A stretch of DNA of 64,000 nucleotides, from NCBI GenBank assembly GCA_965645245.1, contig OZ287069.1:1922001-1986000 (forward strand). Reading direction: 5' to 3'. The notes below the pieces were generated by a model. The model saw only the letters and a list, made by a program, of their open reading frames with translations, searched no databases and had not been told where the DNA came from. Positions within the stretch are counted from its first letter, which is position 1. Every line of letters begins with the position of its first letter. Position numbers and translations under genes: made by a program. This document shows, piece by piece, positions 12,565-29,957 of this stretch. The DNA is from Massalongia carnosa (taxonomy: Eukaryota).

Positions 12565-14366
12565 AAATCAGGTCGATTTTGTTAGAATCCGGCAAAAAAG
12601 TAGTTATCTCAACTGTCAGATGCTAGCCTTTGGACAAGAAAGGGGTTGTATATTGAGGAACGTTCGTACCCGAACCTAAAAAGGCAGATTTTAGTACGGG
12701 AAGAAAACGCGGATGCAAAAAGGATTTGAAGACGTGTCTTCACTTACCAACCAAGGAGGGCGACTCGTGGGTGAGAGATGATAGATGTCAGCTACAAAAT
12801 CAATGCATACTTTACACCATTGGCGAGTATATGGCGCAGAGAAGTCAGTTAAAATAGTAAAGATATCCCCAGCGGTGATCGACAGAGTTATTTCACGAAG
12901 GGAAGGGCAATGACTGAATAGGATAGTGGCTAAAGCGCCCAGAGAATGCTGGGTAAAAAATGAGGTAGCATAGAGCTGTGTTTGTGCTATTCAACACGCC
13001 TCGGGTCAATAGAGCATCTCATACCAAGTTTAGTATAAAGTAGGAAATTTGCGTGGGAGAAATTTCGAAATAATTAAGTCGCAAGGTTGGTTTTTAAACA
13101 CCCGAGTCGAATGGAGTTTAGCGTTTCCGAGCGGCACTACTACCCTGTATCCGTCCAGCAGCTGAAAGCTGAAAGCACATTGGGTGGTCTATGGAGGACG
13201 GAGATTCCTATCAACTTCTCCTCAACTTACGGAGTACATATGCCTACGCCGCTCACAACTCGCACCTCACACAAGAATCTGTCTTGTGAATATGGTGGCG
13301 TGGTCACGGCATTTGGTAAATATAACTACATTTCGCAACTCTACGACTAGCATCTCTGCGACATAATGTGCCCTTTTTCGACCATTGACGTTTTGCATCT
13401 CTCCATCAATGGAGGACCTATTAAAGGACTAGTTATATTCAGTCCTCCGTTCTTTCCAACTTAGTCCTGCTCCATTAGCTGACAATCCTATTACTACTTA
13501 TTGCTGGAAAAATAGCTGAAGGATTTATTAGCATATACATGGCAATTGGAAGACACATATTCATGACGTAGACTTGATCAGTACAGCTGAAGCTGTTTTC
13601 TCTGAAGAGTCCAATTCTATATGGGAAATCTTTAGCAGCCTTGGACAAGTGATGATACATCTTCCCACACCATCTAGAAAGATAGGAGCAGTCTTGCAGG
13701 AAGAAAAGTGGCTATTTCTTAGTGCGCGCAAAAAGACCAAGGACTTTGAAAACCGCGTACAACACGAACGGAGTAAGAGAAGGTAAGACGCCATATTATT
13801 ATTCATAGGTCCTTCACCTTCTGGGCCTGGGTATGTTTGAGGACTGCTGTCGCTTGGACGCCACCGTGCGAACAGACTTATTCTTGAAATGACCTCGAGT
13901 TTCAAGGCGTGGGACACTAGTTCATGTCGTTCGAGGTAGTACGACTACATACGCAATGAGAGCTACTGCTACATAGGGGTATCCTGTTGTTGAATCGATT
14001 CGTACTCCGTCCATAGTGGGAAAACTCAAATTGCCTCCTAGGTTTCGGTGAAGACAGATGAGGTCAGGGTAGCCATTTTACGTTTGCCCAACTACTCTAT
14101 ACTCTGTACCAAGGAAGGTAGGTCCGCACGGAGTTCTTGGTGAAGGAGATCTCCCTTCGGCTAGCGCTAACGGTCCCGCGTGTTCTATAAACTTTCTCTC
14201 TTAGGGGTTTGGGGAGTTCCTTTCGTTGGGTAACTATGGTTTGATCTTGTTGTATCTATACTCTGTACTCTGTAATTTGGTTCTTTGGTACCGGTTCCCT
14301 TCCCAATCACTGCTTTAAACAATTACTCTGTACTCTGTCAGGAATGAATCCAACTCCATACGGATA

Positions 14367-14410
14367 CCGAGTAGGTCCCGAGTAGGTCCCGAGTAGGTCC
14401 CGAGTAGGTC
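14367..14410. repeat. Tandem repeat, 4 x 11 bp (CCGAGTAGGTC)
   Basis: Four exact consecutive copies read directly. Confidence 0.95.
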
Positions 14411-14554
14411 CACTGTCTGTAGTACAGAGAACTCTGTAACTCCATAGTACTCTGTACTCGGGACACTTTTCAACCCCACCAATCGGGCTCTTGTCATAGT
14501 TAGCCATGTAATTACAAACTAACCCTTTTATAATACCGAACGCTCTGTACCTTT

Positions 14555-14620
14555 CCTGTCACCTTACCTGTCACCTTACCTGTCACATTACCTGTCACCT
14601 TACCTTGCCTTACCTTGCCC
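14555..14620. repeat. Tandem repeat, 4 x 12 bp (CCTGTCACCTTA), then 2 degenerate units
   Basis: Read directly; the third unit has one substitution. Confidence 0.9.
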
Positions 14621-14856
14621 ATCCTGCAAGGGTTTCCCACCAACCAAGTACAAAGCAACCACTCTTCTGAACACACCCATTTCTACACGCTCCAGATTCT
14701 CCACCCCCCTCCTCCCCCCACACCAATACTCTAATTACAGAGTACAGAGTACCTCCCCCGACTTATTACCTTATCCCATTACCCAAACCCACCCAACCGG
14801 TACTGGCCCCCTTCCAAAGCAAACGCACTAGCGCAAACGTTGAGGAGCAGCAAATT

Positions 14857-17735
<2,879 letters not shown>

Positions 17736-18523
17736 ATGTGCGTCCTGGCAGTGTTGAGGTCGAGCACATCGTACTAGGATGCTCGTTGACATTTGAATTT
17801 GATGGAGGGGAAATGATATCAAAGCCTTTCGTATCGCATCCTCTATAGAAGGTCTATTCTTTCATATCTCTGAGCCCGTGGGGTTGGCCTTTCCTCCCAT
17901 CCAGGATATGCCTCTATCTTTGGCTCCAGCAGACACATTGCTAGTTTTGCGGCAGCAACTCAATCTTGCCAGGTGGGGGGGGGGGGGGGGACTCGCTGCA
18001 ACATCAATAGCGCAAGAGTTTTGACTCAGCAAGTCTGAGTTCAAGTTCCAGCTGGTCGCAGGCAACCTAGTTCATCAAGGAGCAAGTTCCGCCAGGGTTT
18101 TTGGGCGTACTATAGGACAGAGGGGGAACGCAACCATGGGTTACGAAACTGCCATATGCACCGGAATGTATGGAGAAATTTGGAGGGCGCATTCGATATT
18201 CGCCAAAAGAACTGCTTCACTGTTAGAGATGGAATTTGATTAGAAGACGTTCAGTTGAGATGCAACATTCAATGTATCGGGGATATTTTTCCCTTCCTGC
18301 TGCACAGGATATTGATCTCGTGAAGGAAGGCATATTTATCTCATCTAAGTTTAGGGTGACGCCTCAAAATGTGTAAAGCGTGACGCAGCTCGCTATTTTC
18401 ACGCTAACTACCCAATTAGGATGGATATAGGCTTCTTTATGCGGTGAAGCTCCAACTCCAAATTCATCTCTTGAAGCCTTTCTTTGGTCGCAGAAATAAA
18501 CCTCTGCTTTCAAGCTCGAAGCC

Positions 18524-20856
<2,333 letters not shown>

Positions 20857-21688
20857 AGATTTATTCAATGGTTTGGTCAATGTTATTTCATGCGTGTAAC
20901 TGCCCAAGGGAATTGATTCTTATGAGGAGCGGAGCCCGGTTTGCACGCAGGTGTTGGCTGAGTAATTGGGTGCGTGAATTTACACTGAACCTTAAACGGG
21001 AATTATGGCATGAACGTGGACTGGTGCAGATATGAGGAAAGTGGGGGGGCCAAGGGTTTCTTTGTGGGTTGCTTATCCGTGTAGGTGGTATGTAGGTATA
21101 TTACGAGATCTGCGAGCGGCAAAAGAAATCCAAGTCCACATTTTTATTACATCTCTCTCTTCTTCCGCCATTCACATTGTAGTCTCGAAAATAGATACTT
21201 TACGAGCAAGCCTGTTGTAGTTGACAGGAGCTTTATGTTATCCAACGACAGATCGGCTCTAAAACCCCCGCCCGCCACACAAGTCCCTTACGGATTGCAG
21301 CCACCAACAGTGCCCTCTTTGTCGAACCCATCCTAACCTTCTTCTAGTTTTGACTCTCCAGACTTCTGAAAAGGAACTTGGGAATCCCGGCGTTTTGAAT
21401 TTTACTTTCCAAATCCCCTGAAGCGCGGGAAAGGATGGCAACGAACCAACACAAATTCTACGGTCGAATGGACGGATAGGGGGAGGCTCGAGGTTAGGAG
21501 GAAGAAAGCCAGAATGATACAGTACAAGAATGGTGGAGTTTTTCGCATTGAGAAGGGAAAAAAGAAGGAATTTAAAAGAACGGTGGAGGGATTTTGTAAA
21601 GAGTAGGCTGATGTGAGATGTTTCTTTTTCTTTTTGCTATAATGTAAAGAGTAAAAAACGCGGGGAGAGAAATATAGACCTACAATTT

Positions 21689-23025
21689 TCACCAGTCGGC
21701 CGATTTCTTGAATGTTTCGTTTTGGATCACCTGTGGGGCAATCTATCAGTTTCAGGCTCCCTTTGCAACCCCATTTTCTAGAAATGCAAATAGCCCCTGA
21801 AAAAAATGAAGAGGAGTAAAGGAAGAAGCACCGACTTCAATCCAATAGCCATCCGGATCCAAAATAAACGCGACATTCTTCATTCTCCCATCCGTCAACC
21901 TCTTCTTCCAGCGAACCCCCTCCGCCTCGAACCGCGCGCACGCTGCCTCTAGGTCGTCAACGGAAACGCAAATGTGACCGAAACCTTGCGGCTCGGCGTT
22001 GCCGTCGTGGTAGGCGAAGGCGGGGTCATGGTCGGTGCCGTGGTTCCAGGTTAGTTCGAGCAAGCCGGTGAGGGAGGCTGTTGCTGAGACGGAGGAGGGG
22101 GTAGGGTAATAGCCGAGGAAGTAGAGGGTGAAGCCATTCGAGCCGTTTTCGACGGTGCGAAGAAGGTGCATTCCTGAAATGGGAAGGGATTGAAGTGAGG
22201 GGTTATGAATGGATGAGGAATGCCGGAAAGGGGAGCACATACCCATGGTTTCTTGATAGAATTTTAGGGATGTAGTGGCGTCTTTGACGCGAAGCATGGT
22301 GTGGTTCTGTGAGATTGGAGGGTTTGAGGGATATACTCGATCGAAAAACTAGAAGGGGAAGCTGGAAGACTTACGAATCGATATGTCCCTAAATTCGTCT
22401 TCTTTACGCCTTCGGTTTTCTTAAGAGCATTCTGCTCGATAATTTCAATCTGCAACTTCTAAGTCTATATCCAACCCCACTAAGTAACGTATATACCCAG
22501 TAGTCATCAGGATCCAGGGCAAACGCGATTTCCCTCATCCGCCCTTCCGACAGCTTCTTGTGAAATCGATAGCCCGCGTCCTCAATCCTTTGACACGCAG
22601 CCTGGATGTCATCGACGCTGATGCAGACATGTCCAAACCCCTTTCCTGGATCCGAGTTGCCGTTGGCGATCTTGAAGTTGTCGTCATTTTCAGTTCCGTA
22701 GTTATGGGTAAGCTCCAGCACACCCTGGCGGTCTGTCCAGTGGGCACCGTGGGAGGCGCTATTAGGGGGATCGTAAGCTAGGAAGTAGAGGTCGAACCTA
22801 TTCTCGGGAAATTGAAGCTTTTTGATCTGTTTCATGCCAAGGAACTCATAGTATTTTACTTGAAACTGGTTTAGTCAGCTGCCTGAAGTGGATAAGGTGA
22901 TATTCACATGATGCCAGCGGATCCTTGATTCGGAGCATCGAGTCTACGGTTCTCTCAGTAAATCTCACCTATCCGCAGCCTTCGCACGCACGGTTTAGCT
23001 TGTACTTGGCCGCATCTGTCGCCAT
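21689..23025 (-). CDS. GLO1: Lactoylglutathione lyase (glyoxalase I), two-domain fungal type
   Basis: MATDAAKYKLN|HSMLRIKD; two copies of LELT[H/W]N.GT and GFGH[VI]C[IV]SVDD; DPDDYW/DPDGYW. Last exon VIQNETFKKSADW* (stop 21689-21691). Confidence 0.93.
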
Positions 23026-23743
23026 GACTTCGTGATACACAAGGCACTTTGATTCCGTAGCCGGAAGGGTACCCGATGTTTCAAGCGCACCTAAGCCCAA
23101 TCTCTTTCTGTTTATTAGTCCAAATAAAGAGGTATTAGTGCGCGTCAGATTCCGACAAGCAAATATAAAAACAACCTCCTTCTGAACATTCTTGGACTGT
23201 GAACGCTTGACCTGTGAAGATACAAAAACTTGCAGCATCAGAATGGGAGTGGAATGGCCTATGACGTAGATTTACGACATAAATCTCAGCCGGCCACTAA
23301 AGCCGCAATCTCCGGTTTATTTACAAAGAACGACGGCTATCCAACTTGCACACTCTGGGTGAACTTCTGATTCACTCGAGTTTTCAAATAAAAATGTACG
23401 TATCTCTCTTCTTCTTTCGCTGTATGTCTCAAGTCCTATTCATTTGCATTGAGAATTATCCGGTTCAGTTAGTCTGCTGTTGTCAAATCAACGTTTCTTG
23501 GTGATGAGAGCAGGGTAAAAATGCTTCATAAAGTGCACTAGGTTCGGAGTATAGTTGATGCTGCTACTATCCTTATATCAGTTCTTCATCTTCACATCTT
23601 CACGTTAGTCCCCCTAGCCCCATAAAGCGTATAGCGTCCTCTGGTTGATCGCGTCGTTACACTGTGAGTTTCTTCTTCATCTCGCTGGCGATTTACCATT
23701 GATTCCAATTCTCAATCCTTCAAACCACCTGAGACTGACGATC

Positions 23744-25107
23744 ATGGCCTCAGATCAAGAAGCTCAGGATCTCTATAAACGTATTCATTCCTCTAGTTCA
23801 TTAAGCGTTGTCACAATCATCCCAACCGCGGCCGAACTCACCTCAAGCTTAGATTCATCCGTCAAAACTCCTGCTAATAGCTGCACAACAGTCATCACTG
23901 GCATCAAGCCAGCTGACGCATCAGGCAGCAACCTTGCCTTTCAGCCTGGCGTTATCCACACGCCAAATCCAAGGCCTGCCCCCGGTGTGCTGACCCCTGT
24001 GATCGTTGAGATCCTGAAGCACCAGCGGGATTCTAGGTACAACCCTGTTCCTAGAGTTTACTCCAATCCCCCTCCTCCCACAAGCACCCAGCCCACAGAG
24101 CCGAGGGACAAACAACAAACTTTAACATTTGCTAAGTGCAACCAATGTGAAGCGGAAGAGGGTGCATACACTGAGTGCTACCATCCTGAAGACGAAGGCC
24201 CTTTCGATACTACTGTCTATCTCGATCGTATCATCAACGGCATTGGGAGGGATCTTAATTCAATCTCCGAAGAACCCCCCAACTCAATCAATGAGATCGA
24301 GTACGAGATGCTTAGCTCGCGTAACCTGACCGGGCTTCTTTCCGAGAATGCTGATGAACATGCCTCGTATTTTGTGTTAGTACACTAGACCTCCTATTTC
24401 TTCTGGTAAATGGAGGAGTTAATTTAACATTGTGGGAAAACAGGGTTTTTACTGCACGGGGCACTCTTCTGGGCTACAGCGATGCTATAGAAATCCGACA
24501 TGCACGCAAAGTCTCCGCCCTCGCCGGCATCACCTGGAGAGCCAACGAAATTGCCATAAACAATGGACTCGAAGGCTCTATTGCACCCACGTCCACCTTA
24601 TTAAAAACCCTACAAATAAACACGAATGATAAAACCGGCAAACTTGCTAGTATGGTGGTTCAATCCGAGAACTTCATGACGGCTATTTGCGACGTGGGGA
24701 AGCATGTTCTAGTAGCAGCTATAGTAGGACTCGAGACGCCTGTTGAGAAGAAAACCCGCCATACTAAAGAACGAGCTGAGCAGAAATTCAGCAAGCAAAC
24801 ATCATCGGCAACTTCACCCGCCACCACCCCAAGTGCCGCGACCGAAGAGGTATCCACCTCCAGCGAACCCATGGACAAGACGTCGTCAGATAAAGTAACG
24901 GCAGGAAACGGAATCTCAGCGGAGCCCAGCAGCGGCGCCATACCCACAGGAAAGCAGCAGACTGACGAAGGGAAGAAATCGCCAATCTCGTCGCCAAAGC
25001 TAGGTCCATCGCAAGAGCAGATCCTCCTCTGGAAAGCCGAAGGTATGGCCAAAGCTCTCCACATCGACCTAGGGCGCGGGTTCAGCTTGCCTGAGAACGC
25101 TTACTAA
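23744..25107 (+). CDS. Roadblock-domain protein resembling LAMTOR2/Ego3, with long N-terminal extension
   Basis: Intron 24376-24443 joins two ORFs in frame. MLSSRNLTGLLSEN..VVFTARGTLLGYS..ARKVSALAGITW resembles LAMTOR2 MLRPKALTQVLSQ..LLNNEGSLLAYS..ARVTAAIASNIW. C-terminal ILLWKAEGMAKAL fits the last roadblock helix. Confidence 0.6.
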
Positions 25108-27630
25108 ACACCTATTATTTTCTTCTATCCACTAAAAACCCACCATCTTTTTATTTCATCCAAACACCTTACCATTACTCACCATATCCAAACGTTTATC
25201 ATTTACCCAACTCACCCCAACACCAGAACGATGTCGGACCAGAGGCTTAGCAGAGATCGGAGGATCTCAAGCGAAGCAGAGAGCAAGAGCACTGCATCTG
25301 ATTTGAAGAGAGGGATTCGGAGGAGTTTAGGGTAGATAATGGATTGAGGCATCTAATTTCTAAAGGGAGAGGACTTTCGTTTCGAATCGGGGTTCTACTA
25401 GGGGTTAACGGATAGGGAGATTCAAATGGATATGCTGATCTGTATCGTACGGCGGCGGTGGCGTTTTGTATGCGCGCGAAGATACCCTTCTGGAACGCTG
25501 GTGCCCGCTCTCCCCCCCCCTTCGCTCGATTTATGGGACCGTTTCTGAAAGTCTTCCAGGGAGGTGTAGAGAAGGGAGGACCTTTGCTCAGGTCCATAGT
25601 AACTTTTTGTCTCACGTTCTGTTCTTGCTCCAGTGGTGCAGGAGTTATACATTATGTTCCCTACCTAGCTCCCCTGTTTTACAACAAACGATAATGGATC
25701 AGGTACTCTGTAGGTGTGCTAACTTCACATTTCCATCCCATACCACCTTTAACGTCCTCGCCCTTTCAAATCCATGATCCTTTCCGTATAGCGAAACCTT
25801 CCACCCCCCCAACGCCTCACTCCTTGTTCGTTCCCGAGACTTTATGGATCAGACGCGGAGGCATGATTTAATTGGGCTTACAGTAAGGCAGCAACATTGA
25901 ATGATAAGAAAAGGGTAGGGAATGCCAATATAGGGTATGAAGTTAGAACGCCCTCTACAAGTAGGGCGTGCAAGGCAGTGATACCCGATGTCCTGTAATG
26001 CATTCGATGTTTGCAAAAATCTTATCAATAGGGATGACAAGGCCATGCGACTTCCCCGTCCCTTGATCGAGCGTAGGCTTGGTTCCGGTAACGTACAAGC
26101 CGTTTACTAGACCATTCTAGCTCGTTGGGAGAGAGCCGGAGTCGCTGCTGTCTCTGAAATCGTTGGGGGGTTGTCGGTCGAGGTATGAAGTCCATAGCGG
26201 AATGAACAAACTCTGGAACACCATTACTCTCAGTTTCCTTCAATATACGGACGTCTGTTCTGCTTTGATTGACCAGGCGCCAAGTGCATCCCATAGCGTA
26301 ACCCTTGTTGCATAGCCTATTCGGCACCAAGGTAAGAACAAGGTAGTCTGGGTCGCTGATGTGAGCTTTCTTGTCATCTGGCCTCCATTCCGCCTCGGCG
26401 GTGAACTGTTCTTAACTTCTAAAGTTATCATCGTGGTGACCTAAAACTAGTTGCACAACAGTCTAGTCAAGAGCGAACCTGTCAGCACCTTTCCGCTATC
26501 TCCTCCCAACTGCAAATGTCCTCCTCGGAAGAGATTGGCATCTCGAATAATCTTAGCGCAAGTAAGCCATCAAGCACGCACGTTCGGAGCCTATCATGAC
26601 CGTCGATCAAGGAGACAGCTAAGGGATGTAGTCTGCTGAGTAGGATTTTGCATATGGGGCGGGGAGAGCGCGTGGAGAGATGTGGCAGCTCTTTCCTTGT
26701 CCTCGTTCCATAAAGAAACGTCTCACTTTCCCTATCAGAGTAACTCTCCTGTTTGAACTTCTCGTGCCTAAGAGGTAGAGAAAACAGATGAAGGAACAGA
26801 TGTTCCACTAGGTATCACGTCACGGATGTTAAGATAGAATGTGAGATTGACGTAACTGAATTCGGTTAGCGATGATGACGGTGGTGATAGTCATCACGAC
26901 TAATGACCAACAAAGATGAAGATGAAGATACAATTCAACTTGAGAAACTCTAAGCCAACTACTTTAGCGGAAGTGTATTGGTCGTGGTTGCGGCGAGAGT
27001 CTGGAACAGGAAGGGAGGGTCGCATGCTTACGAGTAGTTAGGTGGTTGAGCAAAAGGCTGCCCGGAAAAAAGCAAGCGCATACAGGCAAACGGGGACGGA
27101 GGGTTTCCACCCTATCTTGGATGGAGTCTTGACGTGAGGTTGAGAACGAATCTACCACTCTTGAACAGCATTTTGCATTTTGCATTTTGTATTTGTTTGA
27201 TGTGGTCAACCGTCCTCGTACTCGTATATACACCATTCGAAGGTATCAGCCTTGCCAGGCACTAGGACCTTGGCATACGCCCAGGAATCCTCTCGGATCA
27301 GAGTAATGATTATTTGCATTACGCAACAATTCCACTCCGGGAGACGGGTAGAAGGTTTCGGCCTTAATCCGACGTGGGAGCCTCGCAGGCAATCCTAACC
27401 ATCCACTCTTTGATCATCGTGTCTGATCCGGGGTTTAAATTGTTTGATGAAGATTGAGTTTTGCGGCTCGGAGTTTGAGCACTTGATAAGAAACTTAGTA
27501 ATAGTCGGAGAATACGAATAAATAGTTGATCGAGGAATCCCATGTTAAAGAAGTCGAAGTTTTTCCAGTAAAAAAACTCGCAGTCAGGACATTCTTTCTA
27601 TCCAATCAGTTAAAATACGCCCTCTTGATC

Positions 27631-28589
27631 ATGACGCTTGTGTCTCTATTTATTCTTTGCAATGCACTCCTTGCTCAAGGGCTTCCTCAACTCTATCAAC
27701 TTCTTCCCGGTAATCAAGAATTTGAAAAGTAAGCTAATCGACTATGTCGAGTCGATAATGTAAAATAAATATATACACCTAAAATGGGGGTTCAATGCTG
27801 ATTTAGAACCCGATAGTATCAAGGAGTAACGCGAATCGAGAGCTCCGCTGCTCCAATATTGATACCAGGAAGACATATATTTTCCGAATGTGCTTCTGAT
27901 GTTTCGCTTGCGCCAGATATCCCAATAACTTGTAAGGAAAATGTTTATTGCAACTGCAATGTTACTTCTCGGTCTACATTGACTGAGTTACTCTGGATCA
28001 TTGGGGCTTTCCTTCGATGCATTACGACGCTAAAATAGTTTGCTGTGCTCATATTCCATGTGCTGCTCCTCATCAAGACAGCTATTGCAAAGATAACTGG
28101 AAATGGAACTATAACAATCAGGGACAGAAACTTCCGTATGAGTTCTGGAATGTTTTTTTGAAGGGAACTTGAAGTCACTAATTAGATTGCATTTAGAAAT
28201 CTTTGTCCTGGCACTGACGTATCGTGCTGGGTAAAACCTGAACATGTATCACAGTCGAACGTTAAAAAAGATAACGTCTCTCTCTTCAACGATTTACAAC
28301 ATGATTCGAATATCCTCTCCTCTCAGGAAGCGAACGGTGGTCAAGATAAATCAAACTTTCTAGCAAACTCATTCGTGTCCTCGACCGCCGAGACTGATGC
28401 ACAAAGCAACTCGCTGTATTCTGCTTCTGCTACGAAGAAGAAAGTACTGATAGTACTTTGTCTAATGATTCAACTAGTTCAGGATCTTCTGATAACAGCA
28501 TCGATTCAAACGGCAAGAGAGCTATTGCATCTGCATCACTTTCTCAGAAAGAAGATCTTAGTCTTTTTACTTTCGATGACGCGTCTTGA
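27631..28589 (+). pseudogene. Possible secreted Cys-rich protein gene, apparently frameshifted
   Basis: Signal-peptide-like MTLVSLFILCNALLAQG followed by a GTAAGC donor (27729). Cys-rich pieces ITCKENVYCNC, KIVCCAHIPCAAPHQDSYCKD and, across intron 28136-28196, LP|NLCPGTDVSCW. The Ser/Asp-rich tail needs a frameshift near 28430. Confidence 0.35.
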
Positions 28590-28790
28590 TTTAAAATATT
28601 CAAGATCCGAAGTAATGATCACGACAAGGGTGAAGTGTAGAACTGTTGATGTTTGACTAGAAGGCCAAACCCAGAATGTATCAGGCCGTTGATGACTGCC
28701 CGTTTAGGCCTAGCGTGCATTTTGGAGTTGGTAAATCTCCGCAGATAGTAAACCAATGAACTATCCCTTCTGGGTTTCCTTTGATTCTGA

Positions 28791-28814
28791 GATTGGTGAT
28801 TGGTGATTGGTGAT
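28791..28814. repeat. (GATTGGT)x3, i.e. three tandem CCAAT motifs on the minus strand
   Basis: gattggtgattggtgattggtgat read directly. Confidence 0.7.
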
Positions 28815-29957
28815 AAGACGTTGTGGTGTTGTGGGAGAGCATGAGAAGATAACAGCTACCAGAGTAACTATAGATTACAGGGTACACTGTCCTCGGTGCT
28901 TCTGTAACGTATTTACTAGCCAAACGGGCCAGCTACCCAGTCGGGCCACCCCACCAAAAATTTGACCAAATCATCTTATCAACTTAACAACCATTATTAC
29001 ATGATTTTATCATCATCTATTTCCAATATAATTACATGAAAATATCAATATCCATACCCATCTCTTTATATACTATTTTCGCAAATTTTACCTTTCCGTT
29101 TAAGGCATGATATCTAGCCTTTTGATTGGCTATTGCCTCAGCCGCCTTCTCCTTTTCTTCCATCATTGTACGTGCTGCACCCACAGTCAGCACCTTAGCC
29201 TTTTCACAACCCTTTCTAGACTGCTTTGTACGTCGAGTCTTTTGTTTATCAATAAGCTCCTGATTTGACTGTGTTAGAATGGTTTTATCAGCAATAGCAT
29301 TAAGAGCTATGATTTTCAGCTGTTCAACAGGCCCTCGAAGAGACGGAGTTATATTTTGTAGAAGGGTCTCACTAGTCTCTCTGATTTTCTTGATTGTTTT
29401 CGGAGTACTGATAGCGTTAATATCACGCGGAAAAGGTTTTGATCTCGATACTTTAGCTAGAACATAATTTGGATCGAGTGGTACTAGACCTGCACCTCGC
29501 CATGCAGAGCTGATGTTGATAATAGTCATGGCCTCCTTTCTAGCCTCCTGAATATAACTTAGAAAATCTATCTTCGAAACGTTGACGGCCCCATAGCGAG
29601 AGTGATTTGCTACCCGTTTTTTATAGGCCTTAGCTAGAGGTGAAAAAACGCCCACATCCAGAGGTTGCAATAGATGAGTTGAATGAGGGGGCAAACAAAG
29701 CGGTATGATTTTATGTTGCTCGCAATAAGTCATAAAATCGATAGATACATGACTTTCGTGTCCATCGAGTATAAGAAGTCTATAAACGCCCTGCGTATGT
29801 CGAGTATGCAAATCGAACACCTCTTTCAGCCAATGGAGTGCTATTTCGTTGGTGGTCCATCCATTGGGACTGACTTGTAAGGTGGTCCTATTATCCTTGA
29901 TAGGACCTAGCCAGGCTTGCTGTACTCGAACTCCTTGAAATATAAAATAAGCTGGTA

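Noticed and set aside
13087..13917. Short ORFs between SCP160 and STE20
   Set aside because: No recognisable domain and no consistent exon chain; could be a remnant, but it is unsupported.
14367..14410. CRISPR-like array
   Set aside because: 11-bp units are directly adjacent with no spacers, the context is eukaryotic, and there are no cas genes.
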